A stretch of DNA of 32,000 nt from Raphidiopsis brookii D9 (GCA_000175855.1 ACYB01000031.1:1-32000); one strand, 5' to 3'. Positions 19,142 to 29,035 are shown, counted from the first letter of the stretch. A program made the numbers and translations. The notes: a model not told the origin generated them from the letters alone.

Positions 19142-20128
19142 CTAGGTGGATCCTAGAATCATCCCTATTAGGATCAAGAAACCTATGGCCACATTTTGAC
19201 TAAACATTTTTCCATATTCCTGGTGAGGTAACTGGGGATTCCTTAACTGCAGCACCTGCCAAAACCAACCAAGACTAGCAATGAGTAAGCTGATCCAAAA
19301 AAATATATTTAATTCTAAAGAAATAGCCTCCGCCATTAACAGTATAATAGTTCCGAGGAAAAAAATACCCACAGCTTTAGGAGTCTGATCACCAAAAAAT
19401 AGGGCGCTAGATTTAACCCCAATGCGCTGATCATCCAGGCGATCGCTCATGGCATAGATGGTATCAAATCCCAAAGTCCAAAGGACTGTGGCCCCCCACA
19501 AAAACCAGGTGGGTAGGGAAATATTGCCTGTGACTGCACTCCAACTAATCAAAACGGCAAAACCCCAGGCCAAAGAAAGAATTAGTTGGGGTATGGGAAA
19601 TACTCGTTTAGCTCCAGGATATAGTAGTATTACTGGTACAGCACTCACGGATAACCAGAAGCTTAAGGGATTAAGATAGAAGGCGAGAATAGCTGCACAA
19701 ACTAGGGCAACCATTCCCACCACTACACCAACTTTCACCGAAAGATCCCGGGAAGCCAAAGGGCGATCCCGTGTTCTGTTAACCTGAGTATCAATGTCTC
19801 GGTCCCATAAATCATTGACCACACAACCAGCAGCACTGGTAGCTAAACTACCTAACGTAATTACTACTACTAGGACCGTGGGTGGTTTGCCATCAGCTGC
19901 CAAAAACAGGGCCCATAAAGCGGGAATCATCAAAATTAGTCTACCCTCTGGTTTGTGCCACCGTAATAGGCACATAATGACAAACCATAATGGTTTCTGA
20001 TTGCTTTCTGGTGTGGTTTGCATGGTTGCTAGATTTTTACTGGATTTGGACTTCGAATCTACATCTATAGAATAGAATATCCTTTTTGGAAAACTTGGGG
20101 GATCTGGAAACTTAGCTTTTTTGTCCAT
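19142..20128 (-). CDS. ubiA: 4-hydroxybenzoate polyprenyltransferase (cyanobacterial solanesyltransferase type)
   Basis: 328 aa; UbiA motifs 'AAGCVVNDLWDRDIDTQVNRTRDRPLAS' and 'ILYPGAKRVFPIPQLILSLAWG', 'DTIYAMSDRLDDQRIGVKSSA'. N-terminal ~40 aa lack similarity features and the true start may be at the internal Met ('MQTTPESNQKPLW'). Confidence 0.92.
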   Translation of the reverse strand: MDKKAKFPDPPSFPKRIFYSIDVDSKSKSSKNLATMQTTPESNQKPLWFVIMCLLRWHKPEGRLILMIPALWALFLAADGKPPTVLVVVITLGSLATSAAGCVVNDLWDRDIDTQVNRTRDRPLASRDLSVKVGVVVGMVALVCAAILAFYLNPLSFWLSVSAVPVILLYPGAKRVFPIPQLILSLAWGFAVLISWSAVTGNISLPTWFLWGATVLWTLGFDTIYAMSDRLDDQRIGVKSSALFFGDQTPKAVGIFFLGTIILLMAEAISLELNIFFWISLLIASLGWFWQVLQLRNPQLPHQEYGKMFSQNVAIGFLILIGMILGST

Positions 20129-20160
20129 CTAAATTAAGAGAGAACTAAGAGAGACTCATA

Positions 20161-21792
20161 ATGGTGAATATAGTTCCTGCTAACTGGAATGTTGTACCAG
20201 TTCCAACGCTGAAGCCAAACCCAATTATTGCCTCTATTGATATTGGCACTAATTCCCTGCATATAGTCGTAGTACGTATTGAGCCAGCCCTACCAACCTT
20301 TACAGTGATTGCCAAGGAAAAGGAAACTGTCAGGTTGGGCGATCGCAATTTAGAAAATGGTGATTTAAAACCAGAAGTGATGAAAAAGGCGATCGCTTGT
20401 TTAGGTCGTTTTCAGGAGCTGGCAAAGAGTTTAGAAGCTGATAGTATTATTGCTGTAGCTACCAGTGCGGTTAGAGAGGCACCCAACGGTAGAATTTTTT
20501 TACATCAAATAGAGACTGAATTAGGTTTAGACGTAGACTTAATTTCTGGACAGGAGGAAGCGCGACGGATTTACTTAGGTGTGTTGTCGGGGATGGATTT
20601 TAACCAACAAACACATATTATTATTGATATTGGAGGAGGTTCTACGGAATTAATTTTAGGTGATTCTCAGGAACCCCGCAGTTTAACTAGTACCAAAATT
20701 GGTGCGGTGCGACTAACTGGGGAATTAATTACAACCGATCCTATTAGTAATACAGAGTTTCAATACTTACAGGCTTATGCTAAAGGAATGTTGGAGAGAT
20801 CTGTAGAAGATATACTTTCTAAACTGCAACCGGGTGAGATTCCTAAGCTGGTGGGAACTTCTGGGACGATTGAAACCATAGCCACTATTAATGTCAAGGA
20901 GAAAATGGGAATTGTACCTTCTACTCTTAATGGTCATTGTTTTAGTCTCCATGATTTACAAACCTGGGTAACCCGGTTAAAAAAAATGAGCAATGTAGAG
21001 CGATCGGCAGTTTCGGGAATGCCAGATAGAAGGTCAGAAGTAATACTAGCTGGAGCAGTAATATTACAGGAAGCGATGACATTATTGGGTTTAGAAACCA
21101 TAACAGTTTGTGAACGTTCCTTGAGAGAAGGTGTAATAGTTGACTGGATGCTCACCCATGGATTTATTGCGGACCGACTACAATATCAAAGTTCTATTCG
21201 GGAGAGAAATATTTTAAAGCTGGCTCAAAAGTACCATATTAACTTAGAATGTAGTCAAAGAGTAGCGGAATTCGCTTTGACTTTATTTAGTCAAACTCAA
21301 GGCAAGTTACACAACTGGGGTGAAGAAGCGAGAGAATTATTATGGGCTGGGGCGGTTTTACATAATTGTGGTCACCATATTAGCCATTCAGCACACCATA
21401 AACATTCCTATTATTTAATTAGGAATGGGGAGTTATTGGGTTATAATGAGACAGAAATAGAAATTATTGCCAACTTGGCCCGTTATCATCGCAAATCACC
21501 ACCCAAGAAAAAGCATGAAAACTTCCAAAATCTAACCCATAAAGGACATCGGCAAATGGTGTCTCAACTAAGTGCTATTTTGCGGGTAGCTATAGCTTTA
21601 GACAGGAGACAAATTGGAGCAGTTCGTGGGATTAAGTGTGAATATTTGCCGACTATTAGGCAATTAGAGATAGTCGCTTTTCCCAGTAGGTATGATGATG
21701 ATTGTGATCTAGAAATGTGGAGTCTAGACTTGAAGAAGCAAGTGTTTGAGCAAGAGTTTGGGATCAAGTTAGTGGCACATTTAGCTCGATAA
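20161..21792 (+). CDS. ppx: Exopolyphosphatase / guanosine pentaphosphatase (Ppx/GppA)
   Basis: 543 aa; 'IASIDIGTNSLHIVVVRIE', 'IIDIGGGSTELILG', 'GTIETIA', and a C-terminal HD-like helical domain 'AVLHNCGHHISHSAHHKHSYYLIRN'. Confidence 0.94.
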   Translation: MVNIVPANWNVVPVPTLKPNPIIASIDIGTNSLHIVVVRIEPALPTFTVIAKEKETVRLGDRNLENGDLKPEVMKKAIACLGRFQELAKSLEADSIIAVATSAVREAPNGRIFLHQIETELGLDVDLISGQEEARRIYLGVLSGMDFNQQTHIIIDIGGGSTELILGDSQEPRSLTSTKIGAVRLTGELITTDPISNTEFQYLQAYAKGMLERSVEDILSKLQPGEIPKLVGTSGTIETIATINVKEKMGIVPSTLNGHCFSLHDLQTWVTRLKKMSNVERSAVSGMPDRRSEVILAGAVILQEAMTLLGLETITVCERSLREGVIVDWMLTHGFIADRLQYQSSIRERNILKLAQKYHINLECSQRVAEFALTLFSQTQGKLHNWGEEARELLWAGAVLHNCGHHISHSAHHKHSYYLIRNGELLGYNETEIEIIANLARYHRKSPPKKKHENFQNLTHKGHRQMVSQLSAILRVAIALDRRQIGAVRGIKCEYLPTIRQLEIVAFPSRYDDDCDLEMWSLDLKKQVFEQEFGIKLVAHLAR

Positions 21793-21806
21793 AGAGGTAG
21801 GAATCT

Positions 21807-22418
21807 GTGAAATACTACCAAGTACAAAACAATATTTTTCCAAGTAGTTACCTGAAAGACCTGGGGGGAGAAATCCAAGCTAGTCCATATTTTACTACCA
21901 ATAACCTCAATCGAGACTTTATTCAGACAAAGGGATTTTCTGTAGTTTTCCAAAGACAGGGAATAAAGACAGTCCAGGAGAAATTTCCCTTTTTTAAACC
22001 CTATTTAGATTTGGCACTACAATCAAGTTGTAATGCATTTTATCTTAATCCTTTACTACTCCAAGAAGGTTCTCGGGTTGACCCCCATATAGACCGTTCA
22101 TTACGCTCTTATTGTAAAACTATTGAACCACCAAGTCTAGTGACGGTTCTTTACGTGCGAGTACCAGAAAACATGGAAGGAGGGGAATTGATATTGAAAT
22201 CAAATAATCGCCAAATTGGGAAAATTAAACCCCAAACTAATCTACTGGTTTACTTTCAGGGAAACTTGACCCATTCTATTAATTCCGTGAAAACACCGGG
22301 TAATCGGTTAAGTTTGGTTTGTGAGCAGTACGATTTAACAGACAGGGAAATTGAAGATGTTCCTATACACTCTGTAGAATCAAGAGCGATTAGAAATCAC
22401 CACCTTTGGGGGCGGTGA
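21807..22418 (+). CDS. 2OG-Fe(II) oxygenase family protein (GTG start)
   Basis: 203 aa; 'VDPHIDRSLRSYCKT...SLVTVLYVRVPENMEGGELILKS' (HxD plus GGEL) and 'LLVYFQGNLTHSINSVKTPGNRLSLVCEQY' (distal H and R). Confidence 0.82.
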   Translation: MKYYQVQNNIFPSSYLKDLGGEIQASPYFTTNNLNRDFIQTKGFSVVFQRQGIKTVQEKFPFFKPYLDLALQSSCNAFYLNPLLLQEGSRVDPHIDRSLRSYCKTIEPPSLVTVLYVRVPENMEGGELILKSNNRQIGKIKPQTNLLVYFQGNLTHSINSVKTPGNRLSLVCEQYDLTDREIEDVPIHSVESRAIRNHHLWGR

Positions 22419-22443
22419 AAATGTAGAACATTAAAGGATATTA

Positions 22444-22773
22444 TTAAGCAGCTTCACCTTTTCCCTTGAGTAGCTCATTGATTTTGGCATTTATTTCGGA
22501 CAACTTAGCTTTTTTCTCGTCTAAAGTTAAGTTTGCGTCTTTACCAACCTGAATTTTTTCCTTTCTCAGAGCAGCAATTTCTTCCTCAATGTTAGTAGGA
22601 TTAATTTCGTAGGACCTCATAGCAGGCCTTTGAGCAATTACATTAATGTTTGAGTACTCAACAGTATTTACATCGGCCATGGCACTAACTGGAGCTAGCA
22701 GCAAGCTGAACACTGTAACTACTAGGAGTAGTGAATAAACAAAAAACTGTTTCAAAGAAGCGATAACGTTCAT
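22444..22773 (-). CDS. Small exported protein with signal peptide and coiled-coil C-terminus
   Basis: 109 aa; 'MNVIASLKQFFVYSLLLVVTVFSLLLAPVSAMA' signal-like N-terminus, then 'NIEEEIAALRKEKIQVGKDANLTLDEKKAKLSEINAKINELLKGKG'. Confidence 0.6.
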   Translation of the reverse strand: MNVIASLKQFFVYSLLLVVTVFSLLLAPVSAMADVNTVEYSNINVIAQRPAMRSYEINPTNIEEEIAALRKEKIQVGKDANLTLDEKKAKLSEINAKINELLKGKGEAA

Positions 22774-22989
22774 TTTTTGATGGTTAATTAGTTTGATGAG
22801 TTTACCATTGTGAATCGTAAAGCATAAGTAGTCACCACCATGGGAAATTTAAAATAATTTAATAAAGTAACTTAACTAATAACATTTAACCATGTAGGAT
22901 TTGGGAGATTTCAAAATATTTAATGAATATCTCCCCTCGTCTCCAAAATAGGGCAAATGGTCAGTCAGCACATTTAGTGACGCAATTGA

Positions 22990-25203
22990 CTAGTGTACTA
23001 ATTCAATAGCTCGCTTAGTTAATGCTTCCGCAGTTAAGCCATTAAATGCCATCAACTCACCTGCACTGGCTGTAGTTTCACCACGTTTCCAAGAAAAAGT
23101 ATCTCGTTTAATAGAACTGCGTAACATAATTGGCTCTAGTATAGCGCTCGCACCACCGGTTACAGCAATCAATCCATCTCCACTAAATAACTGCTCAAAC
23201 TCTTCATCAGCTAAAAACCCACCATCCGGTTGGGAACAAGTGTCCCAAGCAGTGTCCTCAGGACGATATAAACGACGGGGATTAATCACAGAAATGATTT
23301 TCACCCCTATACCCTCGGTTTCCAAAAATGCTGCTGCTTCAAACACCGGTATTAATGTCATATCCCCAATCACAGCAAATACAACTTGTTTTCCTCCCGC
23401 AACTTCATGTAATAAAATTGCCCCCTTTTCCAGTCCCTGTTTAGTTTGTTCCAGAGTGGTTCTAATGGGTAAAGGTGACTTACTAGCGGTAATCACAATA
23501 CCTTTATTTTTGGTACCTAAGGCCCAATCATAACAAACTTGTATGCTATTGGCATCGGGGGGAAATACAGGAAATACATTACCATTTCTCATCATAGCGG
23601 CAAAGTATGCTTCCACTTCTGGTCTTTGATGTGTCCAACCGTTACGTCCTTGCTCCAGTGCACCCGCTGTAAATAAGGTAATTGTGGATGGGGTTTTTCT
23701 TCTTAATTCAGCCATAGCTTGGGTCACGGTTTGCCAAATTGGCAGTCCATTGATGGCAAATGATTCATAGGAACACCATAGGGTTCTTCCACCCATTAGG
23801 GATAATCCCACTGCTAATCCTGCACAAGCATCCTCGCTCAGGGGTTCGTAAACTTGACCTCCGGGAATTTGATTATATAGTTCATCTGCTGTGGGGTGGT
23901 TGATTTTCAGAGCTTGGTTAATGTTGCCAATTCCCGATGCTTCGTTACCATCCGCATTGGTTACTAGGAAGTTTTGATCCTTACTTCCTACTATTCCCAC
24001 CAATCTACCCATAGCTGTAGTAGAAACTTTTGGGTCACCACCAACCGCATATTCTTCCAATGGTAATTCCCCAATGGGTGCTAAGGATAATTCAAATTCT
24101 GTCACTACTGTTTTTGCTGCTGGACCACCTCCAGCTCGTTCAGCATTGGTACGAACCGTTTGCCATGCTTCTACCGATAATGCCCTTTTCTGTAGCGCTG
24201 TGGCAATATGGGGTGCATCCAGTGTATCTTTAGGATAAAGATTGTGGGATTTGGCTCCTAACGCATGAACACCAGCACCTTTAAGTTGTTTGATAATGAA
24301 TACTGTTAATGTTCCATTTAGAGCAAGATTGGCTGCTTTATCAATTCCTATTAATACTTCTGTGGTAAATTCTAATCTTCTTTCAAAGGAGAAGATGGTA
24401 CTATCTACGTAATCTCCCAATTGGTTTTTGTCGTCGAATTCCTTGGCATCTACGATAATTACTTCCTTAAAACCATTGCCCTTCCAATAAGCAGTCATCT
24501 CCTCATTAGTTTTTAAGGAGACCATACTATGATGCTCTTGACTGTAACCATTCCACACTAGAATGGGTAGAAAATTGGTGACTTGAGGATAGGCGGTATG
24601 AAAATGACCCATGGAACTAATGATGTAGGGTTCACCTAATCCCCCATCTCCCACAGTGAAGGGAAACAGTTTGTCTCGGTGTAATAAAGCTGCTGCCATG
24701 GCAAAATGTTGCCCCTGTCCTAAAGGTCCTGCAGGTGCCAAAATACCAGGAATGTAGCCAGATAGGTGTCCTATTAGTCCGTGTTTTTCCCGAAAGCGAT
24801 CACGCAATTGTTGTACAGTAAATATGCCCATGTCTTCTAAGGACCGATCTAAAAACATGGCACTATAAAAACCGGGAGCATGATGTCCGACTTCCGTAAT
24901 GATATTTTTATGTCCCAGCATGACCAAAGCTGCATAAGCTTCGGCTTGACTGGCAAAACCGCCTGGATGTCCGGAGGCTTTACTACCAGTTATTTGTAGG
25001 GTGAGATAGCGTAGGGCATCCGCTGCTAGTAAGGTTTGATAAGCTGCTGCTGTATGGTTAATGTCAGCTATGGACACGCTACCAGATTCTATAACTGGTT
25101 TTGCACCATAGGTTTGAAAGTTTGGCAATGGTTCCCCAAAATATTGAATTCCTTCACAAAAACTGGGAACGGTGGAAGATGTCTTGGTTGTGTTTACTGT
25201 CAT
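22990..25203 (-). CDS. Divergent phosphoketolase-/transketolase-like thiamine diphosphate enzyme
   Basis: 737 aa; 'GLIGHLSGYIPGILAPAGPLGQGQHFAMAAALLHRDKLFPFTVGDGGLGEPYI', 'DANSIQVCYDWALGTKNKGIVITASK', 'LWCSYESFAINGLPIWQ', 'GRNGWTHQRPEVEAYFAAMMRNGNVFPVFPPDAN' align in order with phosphoketolase landmarks but differ at canonical positions. Confidence 0.8.
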   Translation of the reverse strand: MTVNTTKTSSTVPSFCEGIQYFGEPLPNFQTYGAKPVIESGSVSIADINHTAAAYQTLLAADALRYLTLQITGSKASGHPGGFASQAEAYAALVMLGHKNIITEVGHHAPGFYSAMFLDRSLEDMGIFTVQQLRDRFREKHGLIGHLSGYIPGILAPAGPLGQGQHFAMAAALLHRDKLFPFTVGDGGLGEPYIISSMGHFHTAYPQVTNFLPILVWNGYSQEHHSMVSLKTNEEMTAYWKGNGFKEVIIVDAKEFDDKNQLGDYVDSTIFSFERRLEFTTEVLIGIDKAANLALNGTLTVFIIKQLKGAGVHALGAKSHNLYPKDTLDAPHIATALQKRALSVEAWQTVRTNAERAGGGPAAKTVVTEFELSLAPIGELPLEEYAVGGDPKVSTTAMGRLVGIVGSKDQNFLVTNADGNEASGIGNINQALKINHPTADELYNQIPGGQVYEPLSEDACAGLAVGLSLMGGRTLWCSYESFAINGLPIWQTVTQAMAELRRKTPSTITLFTAGALEQGRNGWTHQRPEVEAYFAAMMRNGNVFPVFPPDANSIQVCYDWALGTKNKGIVITASKSPLPIRTTLEQTKQGLEKGAILLHEVAGGKQVVFAVIGDMTLIPVFEAAAFLETEGIGVKIISVINPRRLYRPEDTAWDTCSQPDGGFLADEEFEQLFSGDGLIAVTGGASAILEPIMLRSSIKRDTFSWKRGETTASAGELMAFNGLTAEALTKRAIELVH

Positions 25204-25314
25204 GCTGAGTACCTTAATAAATGCTAAAATTTTACATCTTCCTGGTTCTCAGATCTGATAGGTGTTTTCGATTGACCAACATCAATCTAGACTATGAACT
25301 AAGCTTCGGCTATC

Positions 25315-26391
25315 TTACGCTAAAGCTGAGGCTTGCGGTTTAGCAAAGATCATTCTGCCAGCGGAGGTTTGTAGAGCACTGGTAACCACTACTCGCACTT
25401 CACCACCCACATAACCACTGCCTTCTTCTACAACAACCATTGTGCCATCATCTAAATAACCAATGCCTTGACTGGGCTCTTTGCCCTCTTTGAGGATTTT
25501 GATGTCAATGTTATCCCCCGGTAAGTAGGAAGGACGAACTGCATTCACCAAATCATTCACATTCAATACTGGTACTTTTTGGACACTGGCTACTTTAGAT
25601 AAATTGTAGTCGTTGGTTAATAGAGTACCATTAATTTCCTGGGCAAACTTTACTAGTTTTGTGTCTACCGTGCTTAAATCATCGTACTCTACCGAATTGA
25701 TTACTATCCTTTCTGGATAGTTTTCTCTAATACGATTGAGAATTTCTAAACCTCTTCTTCCTCGTACTCGTTTTACATCTTTGGTTGCATCTGCTACTTG
25801 CTGTAGCTCCTGCAAAATAAATTGGGGTACGATAATTAATCCTTCTAAAAATCCCGTTTCCAGCAGTAATTCAATACGACCATCTATAATGCAGCTGGTA
25901 TCTAAAACTTTGGTATTAGCTGGTTTGAGGGTTCCTTCTACTACTAGGGTCTCCACCGTATTGGGATTAATTAATCGTAATAAACCTCTACCATGGGTAT
26001 CAGCTAGATTCATTCCCGTTACGGATAGGATTATACTGCCTACTACTGCTACTAAAGGTTTAATAAAGCTAAAATCTGCGGGAATGGGGAGTAGAAACAG
26101 GGGAGCTAAGGTTAAATTGGCTAGTAATAGCCCAATGACTAAACCGATAGCACGAGTTAAAATGACTTCTATGGGCATTTCCTTAACTTGTGCTTCTAAT
26201 CGCCTATAGCTGGTCTGGAAACTCAGTCCAACTGCGCCACCAATGAGAGCAGCAAAGACAGCTACTACTAAACGTAAAGCATCTAAATTGGTTACTCCTT
26301 TGAGACTTCCTGGTGGTAGAAAGTCGGTACTGAAATAACCTATTCCCGCAGAGGCTATAATAAATGAGATAATGATGGTGAAATCAAGCAT
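25315..26391 (-). CDS. PIN/TRAM domain-containing integral membrane protein (YacL-like)
   Basis: 358 aa; N-terminal hydrophobic segments, PIN domain 'VLDTSCIIDGRIELLLETGFLEGLIIVPQFILQELQQVADATKDVKRVRGRRGLEILNRI...LLTNDYNLSKVA', C-terminal TRAM-like 'EGKEPSQGIGYLDDGTMVVVEEG'. Confidence 0.93.
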   Translation of the reverse strand: MLDFTIIISFIIASAGIGYFSTDFLPPGSLKGVTNLDALRLVVAVFAALIGGAVGLSFQTSYRRLEAQVKEMPIEVILTRAIGLVIGLLLANLTLAPLFLLPIPADFSFIKPLVAVVGSIILSVTGMNLADTHGRGLLRLINPNTVETLVVEGTLKPANTKVLDTSCIIDGRIELLLETGFLEGLIIVPQFILQELQQVADATKDVKRVRGRRGLEILNRIRENYPERIVINSVEYDDLSTVDTKLVKFAQEINGTLLTNDYNLSKVASVQKVPVLNVNDLVNAVRPSYLPGDNIDIKILKEGKEPSQGIGYLDDGTMVVVEEGSGYVGGEVRVVVTSALQTSAGRMIFAKPQASALA

Positions 26392-26649
26392 GATTTATTT
26401 TTCCTGAATAATGTTTGTTTGTGCGAGTTTAAGATTAGTATGTAAGGACGGATAATTATCAAACTGCATCTGGCCTACAGGTCTGAGAATTCTGAATTCT
26501 GAAAATATATGTGGCCATTATACCTTGGTGGTTTAGGTTTACCTGTAAACTTCCACGGGTTTTTGGATATACTAGTGTTTTCAGGATTGCTGTTACTTTT
26601 AACTACAAAATGTAATTTTTGTCAACAGTTATATCAATGAATTTTTTCC

Positions 26650-27816
26650 ATGAGTTTTTCAATCCCCACCGCAGCTTATGTACATATCCCCTTCTGTCGG
26701 CGCAGGTGCTTTTATTGTGATTTTCCCGTGTATGTGACGGGCCATCGAGTAACCGGGGAAGCATCCCATACAATTGGTCAGTATGTAGATAACATTTGCC
26801 ATGAGATCAGCATCACACCCACTTTTAGTCAACCCCTGAAAACAGTTTTTTTTGGTGGTGGTACACCTTCCTTATTGTCGGCCAAACAAATAGAGCAAAT
26901 ATTGAGCAGTTTGGAACAGAGATTTGCCATGGAACCAAAGATAGAAATTTCTATGGAAATAGATCCAGGTACATTTGATTTAGCTCATATTCAAGGTTAT
27001 AAAAGTGCAGGAGTAAACAGAGTCAGTTTAGGAGTGCAGACCTTTACCCCAGAATTGTTAAAAACTGCTGGGCGATCGCACTCGGTTGAAGATATTTTTG
27101 CAGCTATTGATATAGTTAACCAAGTGGAGATACCCGAATTTAGCATAGACCTGATTTCGGGTTTGCCACATCAGTCTATAGAGCAATGGCAAAATTCTCT
27201 GACCAAAGGGGTAGAAATTGCTCCTACCCATATTTCCATTTATGATTTAACCATAGAAACGGGTACAGTGTTTGGTCGTTATTATCAAGCTGGGGATCAC
27301 CCTCTACCAACGGATGAGATTACAGTAAAGATGTATGAACTAGGACAAGAGATTCTCACGGGTGCGGGTTATGAACATTATGAAATTTCTAATTATGCTA
27401 AGCCAGGGCATCAATGTAAACATAATCGTGTTTACTGGCAGAATCTTGCTTACTATGGTTTTGGCATGGGTGCTACCAGCTATATAGAAGGTAAACGGTT
27501 TTCTCGTCCTCGAAGGATCCAGGAATATTATCAATGGTTAAAGAATGGTGCAATAATTGATGTGGAAGTTATATATGTAGATGAGGAACTATTAGAGACC
27601 ATAATGTTGGGGATGCGTTTAGCGGAAGGTTTAAATCTAGGAGTATTAGCAGAAAAGTTTGGTCATCAAAGAGTTGAGAAAATACAAAAGTGCTTACAAC
27701 CCTATGTAATTCCAGGTTGGGTAAAATTGACCACAGATAGATTGTGCTTAACTGACCCCCAGGGTTTTTTGTTTTCTAATGTAGTTTTAGGAGATTTATT
27801 TGCCAAACTAAGTTGA
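26650..27816 (+). CDS. hemW: Radical SAM heme chaperone / coproporphyrinogen-III oxidase-like HemW
   Basis: 388 aa; 'AAYVHIPFCRRRCFYCDFPV' CxxxCxxC motif, 'TVFFGGGTPSLLSAKQIEQIL', 'RVSLGVQTFTPELLKTAGRSH', 'YEISNYAKPGHQCKHNRVYWQN'. Confidence 0.95.
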   Translation: MSFSIPTAAYVHIPFCRRRCFYCDFPVYVTGHRVTGEASHTIGQYVDNICHEISITPTFSQPLKTVFFGGGTPSLLSAKQIEQILSSLEQRFAMEPKIEISMEIDPGTFDLAHIQGYKSAGVNRVSLGVQTFTPELLKTAGRSHSVEDIFAAIDIVNQVEIPEFSIDLISGLPHQSIEQWQNSLTKGVEIAPTHISIYDLTIETGTVFGRYYQAGDHPLPTDEITVKMYELGQEILTGAGYEHYEISNYAKPGHQCKHNRVYWQNLAYYGFGMGATSYIEGKRFSRPRRIQEYYQWLKNGAIIDVEVIYVDEELLETIMLGMRLAEGLNLGVLAEKFGHQRVEKIQKCLQPYVIPGWVKLTTDRLCLTDPQGFLFSNVVLGDLFAKLS

Positions 27817-27900
27817 GAGAAGCTGAAATATCATTTAGGTTTCTTCAAACCCGTTATATGTTAAAATTGGGGAGAGAGACAAAATCCTGCACACCAGAGT

Positions 27901-28488
27901 ATGAATGATCCGGAAAACAAGAGCATTGAGGAAACTTCCACATCTTTAAACAATTTAAATAAACAGGGGGGTTGGAAAGAAAATCTAACTTTAATAGGGG
28001 TGGCATTGATTTTAGCCCTGTTGATCAGAGTATTTATTGCAGAACCTCGTTTAATTCCTTCCGCATCAATGTATCCCACCCTGCAAATAGGGGATAGATT
28101 AGTCGTAGAGAAAATATCCTACCGACTTCATCCTCCTCAAGCTGGTGACATCGTGGTTTTTCAGACACCTCCCGAATTACAACAGCGTGGTTATGATGAC
28201 AATCAAGCTTTTATTAAACGGATTATAGGTCTTCCAGGAGATCTAGTTGGTATAGTGAATGGTCAAGTTTATGTGAATGGTAAACAGTTGCAAGAAAAAT
28301 ACATTGCTGAACCAGCAAATCAACCATTCCCCCCGATTAAAATTCCAGAGAACAAGTTCTTTGTGATGGGAGACAATCGCAATGACAGTAATGACTCTCG
28401 GTACTGGGGCTTTTTGCCTCGAAAAAACCTAATTGGTCACGCAGCATTTCGCTTTTGGCCCCTAAATCGATTGGGTTTGATTGGTTAG
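27901..28488 (+). CDS. lepB: Signal peptidase I
   Basis: 195 aa; N-terminal TM, catalytic Ser 'IPSASMYPTLQIGDRLVVEKISYRLHPPQAGDIVVF', catalytic Lys 'AFIKRIIGLPGD', 'KFFVMGDNRNDSNDSRYWGFLPRKNLIGHAAFRFWPLNRLG'. Confidence 0.96.
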   Translation: MNDPENKSIEETSTSLNNLNKQGGWKENLTLIGVALILALLIRVFIAEPRLIPSASMYPTLQIGDRLVVEKISYRLHPPQAGDIVVFQTPPELQQRGYDDNQAFIKRIIGLPGDLVGIVNGQVYVNGKQLQEKYIAEPANQPFPPIKIPENKFFVMGDNRNDSNDSRYWGFLPRKNLIGHAAFRFWPLNRLGLIG

Positions 28489-28501
28489 CGATATGGTAAT
28501 A

Positions 28502-29035
28502 CTATTGAAAGTGGAAGTAGTACATTAGTTTGGAGACCAGGTCACCAGATAATCCCAACCTGTTTTGAAAATCCACCAGATTCCGATAAGCACCACCAGT
28601 GAGGCGGTTTTTTACCACCGCCTCCGCTAGGTCCATATCTATCGTTGGGATTTCCAATAGGGTTTCTATAGATGCCGTATTAACATTTATCGATTGGTGA
28701 TGTAATAGAGAGTGTTCGTCATAGTAGTTAAAAATCATTAATGGCTTGAGCGGTTCTAGTCGGTGAATAGGTAAACTCAAAGCCGCAGCGATGTCTTCAA
28801 TACAGTAAAACTTCACCCCAGAGCGGGACAATGCCACTAAAGAGCGACCTTGATGAATAGATAAACCAGGTAATCGTAACCAGTCATCCACATTGGCTTG
28901 ATTAACATCAATCCGCATACCTAATTGTGCAGCAAGATGTATTTCCTCTCCCGACTGTAAGCGATAGTAGGGATCATGAAGAAGTTTATCTCGTAATTTT
29001 TGCAACTTGAGATTCCAAGGAAACCAGCTAATCAT
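28502..29035 (-). CDS. Helix-hairpin-helix (ComEA-like) domain protein
   Basis: 177 aa; repeated HhH signatures 'RIDVNQANVDDWLRLPGLSIHQGRSLVAL', 'SVNTASIETLLEIPTIDMDLAEAVVKNR', 'YRNLVDFQNRLGLSGDLVSKLM'. Confidence 0.82.
   Translation of the reverse strand: MISWFPWNLKLQKLRDKLLHDPYYRLQSGEEIHLAAQLGMRIDVNQANVDDWLRLPGLSIHQGRSLVALSRSGVKFYCIEDIAAALSLPIHRLEPLKPLMIFNYYDEHSLLHHQSINVNTASIETLLEIPTIDMDLAEAVVKNRLTGGAYRNLVDFQNRLGLSGDLVSKLMYYFHFQ

Noticed and set aside
22903-22935. GGGAGAT...ATCTCCC inverted repeat downstream of the phosphoketolase-like gene
   Set aside because: The 7-bp stem has a 19-nt loop and no T-tract on the minus strand; too weak to call a terminator without expression data.
23240-26209. 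Plus-strand ORFs over the phosphoketolase-like and PIN/TRAM genes
   Set aside because: They are spurious complement frames, low-complexity translations typical of shadows.
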